DNA of 64,000 bases from the human T2T-CHM13v2.0 reference genome, Homo sapiens. The position numbers and the translations under genes were made by a program. Every line of letters starts with the position of its first letter. Position 1 is the stretch's first letter. Positions 62,533-64,000 of this stretch are shown piece after piece. The DNA is taken from assembly GCF_009914755.1 (NCBI RefSeq), contig NC_060925.1; one strand, written 5' to 3'. The notes beneath the pieces were generated by a model. That model searched no databases, was not told where the DNA came from, and saw only the letters and a list, made by a program, of their open reading frames with translations.

Positions 62533-63478
62533 TATTATAGGGTTTATAACATATGTATAAGTATAATAAATGTTAGTAATAGCATAGAGTTGGGAGAGGG
62601 AAGAAATGATTGCAACACTAAGCATGAAATGGCACAAAATACTTGACAGCAGAGTTAACTTATGATAAGTTAAGCATGTATCACTTGTAGGTAGACAACT
62701 ATGATTAAAGATGTATAATATAAACCTTAAAGCAATCAATAAAATAACAAAAGACTTATAGCTAAGCTAACAATGGAAATAAAATAGAATTTAAAAAATC
62801 TCAAATACGTAAGAAGGCAGACAAGAAGGAAAAAGGAGGAAGAAGACACATACTCACACAAACATGCAAAGCCAATCTAAATGCTGTTCATAAAAAAACA
62901 CACTTAATATAGACATAAATATATTAAAAATAAAAGGATAGACAAATATATCCTATACTAACACTAGTCACAAGAAGAAGTAGATTAACATAAGAAAAGG
63001 TAGATTTCAGACCAAAAAATGTTACCAGCCATGATGAAGAACACTTCATACTGATAACAAGGACAATTCATCAATAGCACATCTACATCCTATATCTTTA
63101 TGTCCCCAAGAATACAGAGCTTCAAAAATACATGTACTGAAAACTGATAGATGTGCAGGAGCAATAAATAAATCACAATTATAGTCAGAGATTTCAATAT
63201 TACTCTCTCAATAATAGAAAAAGTACAGAAAAGCATCAACACATGTAAAGCCTTGAACATCAATTATTTGGGAAAAAAATAACTCCCTTCTAAATAACCC
63301 AAGGGCCAAAAAAGAAACCAAAAGAGAAACTGGAAAGTATTTAAACTGAATGAAAATGAAAACAGGACATATGAAAATCTGTGGGATGCCATCAAAGAAG
63401 TGCTTAATGGGAAATTTATAGCACTAAATATCTGTATTTGAGAAGAAAGGTCTTGAGTAAATGACCTCAGCTTCCACT

Positions 63479-63480
<2 letters not shown>

Positions 63481-63509
<29 letters not shown>

Positions 63510-63510
63510 A
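63481..63510 (+). repeat. (CAA)n microsatellite
   Basis: Read directly from the sequence. Confidence 0.9.
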
Positions 63511-64000
63511 AAATAAGAGTATATTAAACCCAAAGTAAGCTGAAGAAAAAAAATTATAAAGATCAAAGTAGAAATCAATGGAATAAAAAATTGGTAGGGC
63601 TAAAAGCACCCAATATCAACATTTTCCATAAGCTATGGTAATGAAGACACTGTGCTATTGGCATCAAAAACACACAAAAGTGATGGATAGAACAAAATAG
63701 AAACCCAAAAATAGGCATGACACATTGGACAAATGGTTCTGACAAAGATATAAATCAATTCAGTAGATAAAAGATAGTGTTTTCAAAAGTAGTACTTAAA
63801 TAATTAGCTATTTATATGCAAAAAGAATGAAGAACTTTGATCCATTCCTCACCCCATATACAAAAATTAACTCAAAATATATTATAGCCTTAACTAAACT
63901 CTGAGACTATACAACTTCTAGAAGAAAACATATTAGAAAATAATTGTAACCTTTAGTTAGGAAAGGATTTCTTAGACACAATACCAAAACCATGATCCAA

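Larger units (their letters stand above)
60230..64000 (+). mobile_element. Old L1M (5' region, ORF1, ORF2 pieces) interrupted by two Alus
   Basis: gacagcagacttctcatcaaaaacaatgcaa...tgtcaacctagagttcta; atgaaaatctgtgggatgcc...ggaaatttatagcactaaat. Confidence 0.75.

Overview
AT-rich primate (almost certainly human) genomic DNA lying entirely inside KIFAP3 (kinesin-associated protein 3, KAP3), transcribed on the - strand. Nine coding exons (probably 9-17, numbering from memory) were traced with GT/AG boundaries and continuous reading phase. The intron at 6302-11833 is a U12 (minor spliceosome) intron. The introns contain Alu, L1, L2, MIR, MaLR LTR and DNA-transposon relics. The most notable non-KIFAP3 items are: a lone unprocessed MRPS10 exon with both splice sites on the + strand; an L1PA4 whose inverted 5' part is a piece of the 5'UTR antisense-promoter region; a sense-oriented THE1 LTR that has lost its poly(A) signal but kept its TATA and splice donor; a three-arm Alu; and a palindromic array of TCF/LEF and TAATCC motifs. 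I found no new multi-gene system. Repeat names and reference comparisons come from recalled consensus sequences and were not computed.
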